From Sedimentisphaerales bacterium (GTDB lineage: Bacteria > Planctomycetota > Phycisphaerae > Sedimentisphaerales > Anaerobacaceae): a stretch of DNA of 64,000 nucleotides. Below are positions 50,572 through 59,800 of this stretch, in pieces; within the stretch, counting starts at the first letter, position 1; the number at the start of each line of letters is the position of its first letter. A program made the translations under genes and the position numbers. The stretch spans positions 5,792,001 to 5,856,000 of the forward strand of contig OY970194.1 of the NCBI GenBank assembly GCA_963708075.1, given 5' to 3'. The notes under the pieces were generated by a model that worked only from the letters and a program-made list of their open reading frames with translations, was not told the origin of the DNA and did not search any database.

Positions 50572-50665
50572 CGGCCCAACTGCCGCTTTTTTGTCGTACC
50601 CCCGCTTCCTGCCCGAAAGCCCGGGGGCAAAGGGACGGTAGTCGGCAGGCGGATGTCCCTGGTGT

Positions 50666-51478
50666 TTATTCCTTCTCGCAGTCGATCCACACGGCATCGT
50701 TCATGTAGGCGCGGGCGTACTCGTACGTCATCCAGCCGTCGCGGCCGTTGTTGTTGGAGTTGCGGAAGAGGAACATGCCCCCGCCGGGCTGTTGCGAATC
50801 GTCCCGGTACCCTACGAGCAGGACACTGTGTCCATCGAAGACGCCTTCCGGCGGCGCCATTTCAAGAACGTCGTCCTTCCACTTCACTTGCTTGGGCCAG
50901 CGAAATCCCCCGCAGACGGGCCACTGCCGGTTGAGGACTCGCTTGATCGCACCGAGCTGCGCGTCGGTGAGTCCCGTGTTGGGGTCCCACCGCTTGATCC
51001 AATGCAATTGGAGACCAGCCTCGTGCATCTGCTTGGCGTGATCCTTTGCCTCCTCGCTGGGCGCACGGTTGGGATCGAACTTGTCCTGATAGGGCATGTC
51101 CTGCTCGGGACACGCGCCGTAGAGGGTGAACCCCCGCCATAGATCCGAGAAGAAGCTGCCGTCATGCTTGTCACGCGTGGCCCGATTCGACGCCCAATTC
51201 AGGAACTCGACACTGAATCGCGTCGTGCGATTGGTCTTGCTCGCCACCGCATACTCCAAGGCTCCCGCCACGGTAAAGACCGAGCAGGTGTTCCGCCTGC
51301 CCTGCACCCGCGGCGTCAGGCCCCACTTCTTAAAGGCCGGCCGAAGGTCAGCGCTGCCACCCGGAGTGCTGCCGGCAGACGGTCCGGCCAGACCAGTCCC
51401 CGGGAGCATCAAAGATGCCGCCAGAGCCACGCCGACGAATACCTGACGAATGGTCGAGGGACGACACATGTGCCGCAT
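50666..51478 (-). CDS. Papain-like cysteine peptidase (C1 family)
   Basis: QGRRNTCSVF (oxyanion Q and catalytic C), GHSVLLVGY (H) and FRNS (N). Confidence 0.87.
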   Translation of the reverse strand: MRHMCRPSTIRQVFVGVALAASLMLPGTGLAGPSAGSTPGGSADLRPAFKKWGLTPRVQGRRNTCSVFTVAGALEYAVASKTNRTTRFSVEFLNWASNRATRDKHDGSFFSDLWRGFTLYGACPEQDMPYQDKFDPNRAPSEEAKDHAKQMHEAGLQLHWIKRWDPNTGLTDAQLGAIKRVLNRQWPVCGGFRWPKQVKWKDDVLEMAPPEGVFDGHSVLLVGYRDDSQQPGGGMFLFRNSNNNGRDGWMTYEYARAYMNDAVWIDCEKE

Positions 51479-51597
51479 GAGAGATTCCTCACTTTCGCCC
51501 ACTTGCAGGGAGCGATCGACGCCTTGAGATTGTCCAACAATGTCCCGGCCATTCTGCCTTGCGGGACGGAGGTTTGCAACTCATTCTTGCTGAGGCA

Positions 51598-51700
51598 TGT
51601 ACGACAAGATTGTGGCACGACAAGCGTCAAGTTCGTGGGTGGCAGCGGCAAGGCCGAAGGCTTTGCCGATGGCGAATGGGCAAACCATCGGCAAGCTCCC
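51598..51700. repeat. GGGTGGCA-family repeat with leader (copy F, degenerate)
   Basis: TGTACGACAAGATTGTGGCA ... GGGTGGCAGCGGCAAGGCCGAAGGCTTTGCCGATGG ... CCATCGGCAAGC. Confidence 0.75.
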
Positions 51701-51873
51701 AGGCTGCTCGAACTGCCGACGCAACCGGTCCCGCAGGTCCTCATTGAAATAGCGAACGATCTTGCGACCGTTGCGCCCGCGGGCGGGCACCGGCACCTTT
51801 GCGGCTGCGCCCGTCATCTTCTCCGGTTCCCTGCCGCCCATCCGACCCCTGTGGAACTCTCAGCAGCAGGGTA

Positions 51874-53013
51874 CTACAGAATGCGTCGGGCCAAAGGTAG
51901 TTGCCTCAGGACGTTGGCGAGCGCGAAGCTGAGTGGGATTGTGACAAGGACGGCGACAGCGAACTTCAGCAGTGGGTACAGGTGCAGGCTTCTGATGGCC
52001 AGGGCAAACAGAATGACGATCGGGGCGTGGATGATGTAGACGGTATAGCTGCTCGAAGCCGCGGCTTGTGCGAGCCGGCCCTGTCGGTTGAATCGCTCTC
52101 GAAAGAGAACGATCAGCGCGACCATGATTACCACCGCAAACAACTGCTCCCACATGGCGTAGGCGAAGGCCTGCCAGTGCGGCCCGCCGAGATACCGCCA
52201 GGTTTGCCCATTCGCAGCACCACCCAGGACAAAGAGAAGCGGCAGAGCGACTACAACAAGCAGACCCGCCAGCAAGAAGCACGGCAGGGCCACCGTAACA
52301 GGCAGCCGCTGCAGCCAGTCCCGCCGGTAGGCGACCACGCCGATAATGAACATGGCAATGTACTGGACAAAAAAGGCAAGCTGCAGGTTGAGCGGCCCGA
52401 ACGCCCAATTGACAGGGAACCAAAGTCTTGCCATGAAGCTCAGGATGCCCAGTAATGCCGCGAAGGCCAGGAAAGCATTCAGGCCGGGAAGACGGCCCGG
52501 GTTGTCGCCCATGCCGAGGACGGGTTTATGAAGTCGTCGCCACGCCACGTAGAGCACGCTGAAGATCAGCAGCGCCTCGACGAACCACAGGGGGCCGCTG
52601 CCGAGGTGAAATCTTGTGTAATAGGAGGTGAGCCAGCCGACAAAGGGTCTTCGCAGGTCGATGATACCGCTCCGGACGAGTACGTAGATCATGAACGGCT
52701 GGATCAGAAACTCAAAGATGAGCAGGGGAATGCCGAGACGCAGGAAGCGGTCCCGCAGGAACGGGCCGGGGCCTTTGCGGTCATAAGAGGCCGCCGTGAA
52801 GTAGGCCGAGAGCAAAAAGAGCAGGCCCATGAAGAACGACTGGCTGATCGCGTTGTGGATGGTCAGCACGATGGCCGTTGGCGTGTCGGCACGGCCCTCT
52901 CTGTAGTACCAGGAGCCTTCTCCGCCGTAGGTGACGCTCAGATGCACGAGGATCACCATGATGATCATCATGGTGCGGAGGTTGTCGACATAGAACAGGC
53001 GGGGTTTCCCCAT
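51874..53013 (-). CDS. Acyltransferase family 3 (OpgC-like) membrane protein
   Basis: RLFYVDNLR..VILVH, FFMGLLFLLSAYF, RFLRLGIP, GPLWFV and SYTVYIIH; many TM segments. Confidence 0.87.
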   Translation of the reverse strand: MGKPRLFYVDNLRTMMIIMVILVHLSVTYGGEGSWYYREGRADTPTAIVLTIHNAISQSFFMGLLFLLSAYFTAASYDRKGPGPFLRDRFLRLGIPLLIFEFLIQPFMIYVLVRSGIIDLRRPFVGWLTSYYTRFHLGSGPLWFVEALLIFSVLYVAWRRLHKPVLGMGDNPGRLPGLNAFLAFAALLGILSFMARLWFPVNWAFGPLNLQLAFFVQYIAMFIIGVVAYRRDWLQRLPVTVALPCFLLAGLLVVVALPLLFVLGGAANGQTWRYLGGPHWQAFAYAMWEQLFAVVIMVALIVLFRERFNRQGRLAQAAASSSYTVYIIHAPIVILFALAIRSLHLYPLLKFAVAVLVTIPLSFALANVLRQLPLARRIL

Positions 53014-53015
53014 GG

Positions 53016-53190
53016 TCAGTTCTTCGGCCTTTTGATGGGCCAGGACAAGACGCCGCAACGCTTGGTCCAACTCTCGTACAGGGCCTTCAGCTCGTTCACC
53101 TTTTCCGGACGCCTGGCGGCGATATTGTTCAGCTCGGTCCGGTCGGCGTCCAAGTCGTATAGCTCCCACGGCCCGCCGTCGGCGGCTGCA
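53016..53190 (-). pseudogene. C-terminal remnant of an arylsulfatase
   Basis: GPWELYDLDADRTELNNIAARRPEKVNELKALYESW is a sulfatase C-terminal motif; no upstream body of the gene is present. Confidence 0.72.
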
Positions 53191-53222
53191 CCATGTGTCC
53201 GCAGGAATTCTCTGCGTGTACA

Positions 53223-53260
53223 AATGGGACTCATGGGACCTGTAGGACCCATGGGACTTA
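53223..53260. repeat. 9-bp GGGAC-periodic repeat
   Basis: ATGGGACTC ATGGGACCT GTAGGACCC ATGGGACTT. Confidence 0.65.
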
Positions 53261-54385
53261 TCCTTTGTACATCTCGTCGAAATACTTCTGGGCGGCGACG
53301 ACGGCGGCGCGCATCATGTCTTCGGCGGTGGCGGTGTCACGCTGGGCCAGGGCTTTCAGAAGGTCGCGGGCCTTCAATTCCTTGGCCGCCCGCTCGCAGG
53401 CTTCCCAGCTCAGGACACTGCGAATCACGCGATTGATCGCCTGCTCGGCATTGTCGTAGGCTCGGGGCTGCATGTCGTGACCCTTCCAGCGGTCGTACCC
53501 AGCCTGCTGGATCAGGCCGGCGATGGCGATGTTCATGCCGTTGACGCGGGCGCCGTGGTCGATGTCGTACTTGCCGGGGCCACCGAGGATGATGCCGTCG
53601 TTGTAGCCCTGGCTATTGAGGTGCATGTGGACCATCATGCCGTTATCGAGCTCTTCGACGCTGTCATAGACGGCGTCGAGGCCGATCATCTCGGAGTGGC
53701 CGAACTCCTTGTTGACGCCTTTGTTGGCTATGGAGACGCCGAACTCCTCCGCGACTTTCCGCCAGAATACGATGGCACTGGCGACGGTCGGGATGAGCAT
53801 GGCCGGATGTCCCTCGTTCGGCTTGGGCTCGAACGCGATGCGAAGCTGGCCGCCTTTGCCCGCCTCGTACTTGCACAGGCCGGCGACGCTCTCCTTGAGG
53901 TTCTGATACATCTGCCGGATGCCGATAGTCGCGACATCGTAGCCGAAGGAGCCGTTCCAGATGACGAAGGCGGGGGGCTTGTCCGGGTGCCAGGCCTTGC
54001 GCAGCGTGCCGTACGCGAGGTCGACCGTGCGTGTCCCCAGCTCTTCGGCGGCCTTGCGTTCGTTCTTGTCGAGCGAGCTGATGCCGCCGTAGCCGAAATG
54101 AGTGTGCGCGCCGGGCGTGATCATCGCCAAAGAGAGCTTGTTGCTCACGAGGGCATCCGCCACGGCCGCTGCGTTGTTGTCATCAACCTCCGCGTCATAG
54201 TGCAACTCGATGCCGAGCTCGACATTCCTGGGCAGTCGGGGCCGAATGTTTTTGGCCACCAGCTCGATCATCTCCGGCGTGCCGAACCTGCCGCCGGCCC
54301 ATTCCGGCCGGATGTCCGCCGGCACAAATCCGCCCTTACCCGCATTGAACGTCCACCGGCATATGCTATGTAGGGATTTCGCCAT
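53258..54385 (-). CDS. xylA: Xylose isomerase (divergent, class I-like)
   Basis: ICRWTF, VIWNG, FEPKPNEG, EFGHSEM, HMHLNSQ, KYDID and GHDMQP metal-binding pattern; clustered with xylulokinase. Confidence 0.75.
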   Translation of the reverse strand: MAKSLHSICRWTFNAGKGGFVPADIRPEWAGGRFGTPEMIELVAKNIRPRLPRNVELGIELHYDAEVDDNNAAAVADALVSNKLSLAMITPGAHTHFGYGGISSLDKNERKAAEELGTRTVDLAYGTLRKAWHPDKPPAFVIWNGSFGYDVATIGIRQMYQNLKESVAGLCKYEAGKGGQLRIAFEPKPNEGHPAMLIPTVASAIVFWRKVAEEFGVSIANKGVNKEFGHSEMIGLDAVYDSVEELDNGMMVHMHLNSQGYNDGIILGGPGKYDIDHGARVNGMNIAIAGLIQQAGYDRWKGHDMQPRAYDNAEQAINRVIRSVLSWEACERAAKELKARDLLKALAQRDTATAEDMMRAAVVAAQKYFDEMYKG

Positions 54386-54625
54386 CTTGTAACTCCTTAT
54401 CTCTGCTCAATTTGTGACTCTTCCGCGATGCTCAGCAGGCTATTTGCAGCCGGCACGACGCGCACCTATACTAGGCAAGAGTCGATTGAGAGTAAATACC
54501 CGACTTGCCAAGAAACACCCTTGAGGGGCAACTATGTTTTGCGGCAGAACGTGCTCTCACCTTCATCCCGAGCGTAGCCCACTGGTGTGGCGTCGCCGTT
54601 CCTCGGAGTGCCCAAATAACCGCGG

Positions 54626-55711
54626 CTATTGTCCCACCAGAACCTTGATGAATTCCTGGTCGGGCTGGTTGCCTCGGGTGACGATGCCGAAGCCGCCTTT
54701 GTAGTCCCAGTTGGCCCAGGCGATGTTGTGTTTTTCCAGGTTGGCCCGCATGTCGCGATACCACTGCATCCTCGCCTCTCGCGGCGTGGTGGGCAGGGCG
54801 CCCCACTCGCCGCAATACAGCGGCAGGTCGAGCTTCTTCGACAGGGCCAGGGGCTTGGCCAGGAGGCTTTCGAGCTTCTCGCGGTTGAAGAAGCCGTTGT
54901 TGTTCCTGGCAAGCCGGGCCATATCCTCGCTGAGGTCTTTGATTTCGTTCGGGTCCACGATCCAGCCGGGGTAATGGACCGGCCCGGTGTACTTGCCTAT
55001 GTCCGTCCAGCCGGCCTTGTAGTGCGTGATCAGCATGGGGGTGTAGAAGTGGAAGCTCAGGATGATGTCCCTGTCGCCGGGGGGGATGCGGAGCTGATCG
55101 AACGTGTCCACGGTTTGCCATTTGTTCGAGCCGATCACAATCTTTCGGTGCGGCTCGTCCCGGCGGATCTGGCGCACCAGGGTCTCGACCAGCTTGTTCC
55201 ACTGCTCCGCGTCATCGGCGACCGGCTCGTTCATCAGCTCGTACGCCACGAGGGAGACCGGGTACTTCTTCAACTCGGCCGAAAGGTCCCGCCACAACGA
55301 GAAGAACTTCTCCTGTGCCTTTGGATCGGTCCACAGGGGCTTGACCGCCTCATTGAAATGGTGCGAGCGGAGGATGTGCAGATCGACGATCACCCGCAGG
55401 TTCTTCTTTTGGCACCATTCGATGGCGCTATGGAGCAGTTTGAACGCCTCCGGCTCCTTGTTGCCGGCCTCGTCCCAGAGCTGTTCTTCGTCAACGGGCA
55501 GCCGGATATGGTCGAAACCCAGCGATGCAATGAACTCGACATCCTTCTCCGCGAAGAATCGTGCTCTCTCCTCGCCGCGTCTGTCGCTCTGCGAGAGCCA
55601 GTGACTGATATTGGTCCCCCGGCGAATCGCAAACACCCCATCCTTCTCCACCGCCCCGGCAGACAAGGCAAGTGATAGTACGACAACGATCATCACCACA
55701 TACTTCGGCAT
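54626..55711 (-). CDS. Glycoside hydrolase family 5 (cellulase-like)
   Basis: RGTNISHWL, GFDHIRLP, IVDLH, YELMNEP (acid/base), SFHFY and YCGEWG (nucleophile). Confidence 0.92.
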   Translation of the reverse strand: MPKYVVMIVVVLSLALSAGAVEKDGVFAIRRGTNISHWLSQSDRRGEERARFFAEKDVEFIASLGFDHIRLPVDEEQLWDEAGNKEPEAFKLLHSAIEWCQKKNLRVIVDLHILRSHHFNEAVKPLWTDPKAQEKFFSLWRDLSAELKKYPVSLVAYELMNEPVADDAEQWNKLVETLVRQIRRDEPHRKIVIGSNKWQTVDTFDQLRIPPGDRDIILSFHFYTPMLITHYKAGWTDIGKYTGPVHYPGWIVDPNEIKDLSEDMARLARNNNGFFNREKLESLLAKPLALSKKLDLPLYCGEWGALPTTPREARMQWYRDMRANLEKHNIAWANWDYKGGFGIVTRGNQPDQEFIKVLVGQ

Positions 55712-55725
55712 GCTATGCTCCTCGC

Positions 55726-57213
55726 TCAAAGCTGCTTGTTCAGCACGGCTTCCCAGGTCTCATAGGCGGCCTGGTAGGCCTTTTTCAGTTGTTTATTAGG
55801 TTCGACGGTTCTCACAGGCTCGAGGCCGATGAAGGCGTCTTCGGGGCTCTTGTAGATGCCGGCGCCGATGCCGGCGCCTCGGGCGGCGCCTTGCGAGCCG
55901 TCGGTGTTATACAGCTCGACGGTTGCGCCGCTGATCGTGGCGAAGGCCTCGGCGAACAGCGGACTGAGGAACATGTTGGCGTTGCCGGCCTTGACGGTCT
56001 TGAGTCTCGTGCCCATGTCGCGCATGATCTGCAGGCCGTAGTTGAGGGCGAAGACGATCCCCTCCTGGGCCGCCCGCAGGAAGTGGGCCTTCTTGTGGAT
56101 ATTGAAGTTCCAGCCGTGGACGGAGGCGCCGATGTTACGATTCTCCAGCGTGCGCTCCGCGCCGTTGCCGTAGGGCAGGATGAGGAGTCCCTCGGAGCCG
56201 ACGGGCACCTGGGCAGCCAGATCATTCATCTGCGGATAGTCGAGCCCGTCGCCGGCGAAGTTGTGTTTGAGCCAGCTATTGAGGATGCCGGTGCCGTTGA
56301 GGCACAGGAGCACGCCGTAACGGGGCTTGCTCACGGAGTGATTCACGTGGACGAAGATGTTGACGCGGGATTTCGGGTCGTAGTTCTTCTTGTCGGTGAC
56401 GCCATAGACGACACCGGAGGTGCCCGCGGTGACGGCGATCTCGCCCGGCTTGAGCACGCTCAGCGACAGCGCATTGTTCGGCTGGTCGCCGCCACGATAG
56501 CTGACCGGCGTGCCCGCTTTGAGCCCGAGCTCGCCCGCGGCCTCGCTCGTCAGCTCGCCCTGCACGGAGAACGTCGGGACCGCCTCGGCGACAAGATTCG
56601 TCGAAATGCCGTAATGGTCGAGGACGAAATCGGCGAGCCGGTCGTTCTCGAAGTCCCACATGATGCCCTCGGACAGGCCCGAGGGGGTCGTCTTGATCTG
56701 GCCCGTCATCTTCATCGCGATGAAATCGCCGGGCAGCATCATCTTATGGATCTTGGAGTAGGTCTTCGGCTCGTTGTCCTTGACCCACTTGAGCTTGGAG
56801 GCGGTGAAGTTGCCGGGCAGGTTGAGCAGGCGCTTGAGGCATTTCGGGACGCCAATCTCTTTGGCCGCCTGCTGGCCGATCTGCACGGCCCGGCTGTCGC
56901 ACCAAATGATCGCGGGACGCAGCACCTCTTTGTTCTTATCGACCACGACCAGCCCGTGCATCTGATAGGAGATGCCGACGGCCTTGACGTCGCCGGGGTC
57001 GAACCGGACCTTGTCCCTGATCTTCTGCGTCGCGAGCAGAACGTGCTCCCACCACGTGGCGGGATGCTGCTCCGCCCAGCCGGGTTTCCTCGCGATCATC
57101 TCCAGTTCTTTATCCGGCGAGGTCGCCGCGGCCAATGCCTTGCCTGTCCCGGCGTCCATCAGCGTGGCCTTGATCGATGAACTCCCGACGTCGTATCCCA
57201 GCAGTAGCGTCAT
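55726..57213 (-). CDS. xylB: Xylulokinase (FGGY family)
   Basis: LGYDVGSSSIK, GWAEQHP, SYQMHG, IIWCDSR, GGDQP, AGTSG and LPYGNGAER. Confidence 0.9.
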   Translation of the reverse strand: MTLLLGYDVGSSSIKATLMDAGTGKALAAATSPDKELEMIARKPGWAEQHPATWWEHVLLATQKIRDKVRFDPGDVKAVGISYQMHGLVVVDKNKEVLRPAIIWCDSRAVQIGQQAAKEIGVPKCLKRLLNLPGNFTASKLKWVKDNEPKTYSKIHKMMLPGDFIAMKMTGQIKTTPSGLSEGIMWDFENDRLADFVLDHYGISTNLVAEAVPTFSVQGELTSEAAGELGLKAGTPVSYRGGDQPNNALSLSVLKPGEIAVTAGTSGVVYGVTDKKNYDPKSRVNIFVHVNHSVSKPRYGVLLCLNGTGILNSWLKHNFAGDGLDYPQMNDLAAQVPVGSEGLLILPYGNGAERTLENRNIGASVHGWNFNIHKKAHFLRAAQEGIVFALNYGLQIMRDMGTRLKTVKAGNANMFLSPLFAEAFATISGATVELYNTDGSQGAARGAGIGAGIYKSPEDAFIGLEPVRTVEPNKQLKKAYQAAYETWEAVLNKQL

Positions 57214-57262
57214 TTCGTGCACCCCTTCACCTTCGCAGGTTACATGTGTCTTCCGGTCAGCC

Positions 57263-57289
57263 GTAGGGTGGGTTAAGAACCCACCCTAC
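57263..57289. repeat. GTAG-type REP palindrome
   Basis: GTAGGGTGGGTTAAGAACCCACCCTAC, related to the 38154-38228 pair. Confidence 0.75.
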
Positions 57290-57337
57290 ATGCGGAGTAT
57301 CAGCCTCTGGACGATCTCTGTCAAGTTTGCGGTAAGC

Positions 57338-58789
57338 TCACTCGCGGTCCCATTTGAGGATCCACGGGTCTTTCGTCTGCTTCTGGAAGGCCTTGAGCTT
57401 GGCTTGCAGTCGTTCGAGCTCGCCTTTGTACTGCGGATCATCCGCAAGGTTCTTCACCTCGTGCGGGTCGATCTGCAGGTCGTACAACTCGAACCTCGGC
57501 CGGTGCAGATAGGCCTCGACCGTACGTTTGCCGTAGCGCTCGGCCTTATGGCGGATGGTCGCCTGCCAGGTGGCGGATTCCCACAGGTCGCTGGCGAACG
57601 GGTACTCCAGGCCGTGCGCGATGTTCCAGATCAGCTTGAATCGCCGCTCGCGCACCACGCGCATCGGGTAGTACATCGTGACTTCGTGGAATGTGTGCGA
57701 GGCGTAGACCGTGTCCCAATCCTCCACATGCTCGCGTTCGAGCAGCGATCTGAACGAGCGGCCGTGGAATTCATAGTTGCGCGGCACCGCGCCGGCGAAG
57801 TCGAGAATCGTTGGCGTCAGGTCGGCCCAGTTCACCATCGCGTCGCACGTGATGCCCTTCTTGCTCTGCCAGGGCGTGCGAACGATGCACGGCAGGTTGA
57901 TGCCGGGCTCGTATGTGGTCGTCTTGGCGCCGGGGAATGGGATGCCGTTATCGGAGATGTAGATGACGACGGTATTGTCGTACTTGCCGGCCTTTATCAG
58001 GTGCTCGATCAGCCGGCCCACCCCCTGGTCCACGCGCGAGACGGCCTGATAGTACTGGGCCAGCTCGGCCCGGCACTCAGGAGTATCCGGCAGGAAATCC
58101 GGCACGACAACATTCTTCGGGTCGTACGTGACTTCCTCGACCCCAGGATAGGGCTTTTCGCGATTGCCGAATCGGTCCGGCTGATGGGGTAGATCGGTCG
58201 CCTTGCCTCCGCCGCGATGCGGGTCGGTCGTGCAGAAGTATAGAAAGAACGGGCGATTATCCTCGGTCGCGATGAACTGCCGGCAGTTGTCGGCCATCAG
58301 CACACCATTGCGCTCATTGCCGGGGAGCTGAACGTCGAACTTGTAGGCCGCCTCCGGGGCGACGTGGTATTTGCCGATCCTTGCAGTCCGGTACCCGCCC
58401 TGGCTCAGCAGCACGGGCAGGCCCCGGATGTTGTCGAAGCTGGCGAAGTGATGAGAGGCGTGCTGAAGCCCGTACATGCCGTTGGCATGATTGTAGAGCC
58501 CGCTGAGGATCACGGACCGACTCGGGCTGCAACTGGCCGTCGTGCAGAATGCGTTCGTGAACCGCGTGCCCTCCGCTGCCAGCTTGTCGATGTTCGGTGT
58601 CTTGATGACAGCGTGACCGTAGCATCCCAGGTCACCTCGCCCATGATCGTCCCCGACAATGAGCACGATGTTCGGCCGTCTCTTCTCCGCCGCTACGCTT
58701 TCGCCTGCCACCGCAGAGGCAGCAAACGCTGAAGCACCCACGGCGACGCTTCTTACGAATTCTCTTCGAGTCATGCTCGGATTCGTCAT
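57338..58789 (-). CDS. Tat-exported Cys-type sulfatase (N-sulfoglucosamine sulfohydrolase-like)
   Basis: TRREF Tat motif; PNIVLIVGDD, CSPSR (CxPxR), GKYHV, DPHR, SDNG and ELYDL. Confidence 0.9.
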   Translation of the reverse strand: MTNPSMTRREFVRSVAVGASAFAASAVAGESVAAEKRRPNIVLIVGDDHGRGDLGCYGHAVIKTPNIDKLAAEGTRFTNAFCTTASCSPSRSVILSGLYNHANGMYGLQHASHHFASFDNIRGLPVLLSQGGYRTARIGKYHVAPEAAYKFDVQLPGNERNGVLMADNCRQFIATEDNRPFFLYFCTTDPHRGGGKATDLPHQPDRFGNREKPYPGVEEVTYDPKNVVVPDFLPDTPECRAELAQYYQAVSRVDQGVGRLIEHLIKAGKYDNTVVIYISDNGIPFPGAKTTTYEPGINLPCIVRTPWQSKKGITCDAMVNWADLTPTILDFAGAVPRNYEFHGRSFRSLLEREHVEDWDTVYASHTFHEVTMYYPMRVVRERRFKLIWNIAHGLEYPFASDLWESATWQATIRHKAERYGKRTVEAYLHRPRFELYDLQIDPHEVKNLADDPQYKGELERLQAKLKAFQKQTKDPWILKWDRE

Positions 58790-58816
58790 ATTATGCCTCC
58801 AGTTTCTCTTTCCCTG

Positions 58817-59764
58817 TCATGGATAGGCGACTTCGGGTCTCAGTATATCCGGGAAGATGAGTAGATTTGCCAGTGATTTGGCAAAGCCATCCAAGCCGGG
58901 AAACAGTGTTGCCCTGGTTATGTTCATCCTGTGGAGGTGCCGAAGGACTGTCCTCCGCTCTCGTGCCGTAAGCCCTATCTTCAGCTTAACGAACTTGTCG
59001 GGATTAGAACGGCCTCTCAAAAGGGAATGCAAGTTGTCCATAAACGGTACTGAGATATCTCCGGGGCACAAGAATACCCCCTGTTGGATGATGAGCCGCT
59101 GATTGAGCCTGTAGGCATTTATGACCTCGACCCTCGGCATCGCCAGTTCCCAAAAGAAACGCTCGAAGAACTCCTCCTGTCCTGCCCTTGTTGTCGCCTT
59201 AGTAAGGTGGTCATAGTCCTTTCCTGTTATGGCATCAAACAGACTGCCATTCATGTTGCTCAGCCAACGGCTATCGATGGCCCACAGCGCACATTCCCGG
59301 TCAGCATCCTCAATGGCAAAATAAAGCGCTACGAAGAACGAGTATGTGAAATCGAGAAGGCGTGTCGGCGCTCCGTGATGCTGCATTAGGGTAAGCCATT
59401 CAAGCGTGTTCCCGTCGGGTGGAACGTCCTGCAAATGATGATGGCACTTGCGTTTGAAGTCCCTGAGAAGGCCCTTCTCTATCTCACTGAGCGCTCGCTT
59501 CTCATCATCCCCCACTTTCTCCTCGGAGATCTTGCGATATTGCTCGGTGAGTTTTTCTTCTTTCTCCTCCCCTGTGGCATCGATGGTTTCCCCGAAATAG
59601 CGTATGAAGGCGCGCTCCAGAGTTGTCCGCAGATGCCAATTCGTATCCGCATGACCTTTGAATATCCACTGCTTATGGCCTTCAGAAAACCGGTCCGCGT
59701 AATACCTATAAAGGTCGTCCCATGTGGCGAAATCCTTTGTCCCATAGAGCGGTTCTACTGCCAT
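58817..59764 (-). CDS. FRG domain protein
   Basis: WIFKGHAD..W.L.TTLER, LMQHHGAPTRLLDFT..VALYFA, RLIIQQGVF and NITRATLFPGLDG; AT-richer than its neighbours. Confidence 0.88.
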   Translation of the reverse strand: MAVEPLYGTKDFATWDDLYRYYADRFSEGHKQWIFKGHADTNWHLRTTLERAFIRYFGETIDATGEEKEEKLTEQYRKISEEKVGDDEKRALSEIEKGLLRDFKRKCHHHLQDVPPDGNTLEWLTLMQHHGAPTRLLDFTYSFFVALYFAIEDADRECALWAIDSRWLSNMNGSLFDAITGKDYDHLTKATTRAGQEEFFERFFWELAMPRVEVINAYRLNQRLIIQQGVFLCPGDISVPFMDNLHSLLRGRSNPDKFVKLKIGLTARERRTVLRHLHRMNITRATLFPGLDGFAKSLANLLIFPDILRPEVAYP

Positions 59765-59800
59765 GAGTTCACTCCCGCAGAAATGGCTTTGTGTTCAATG

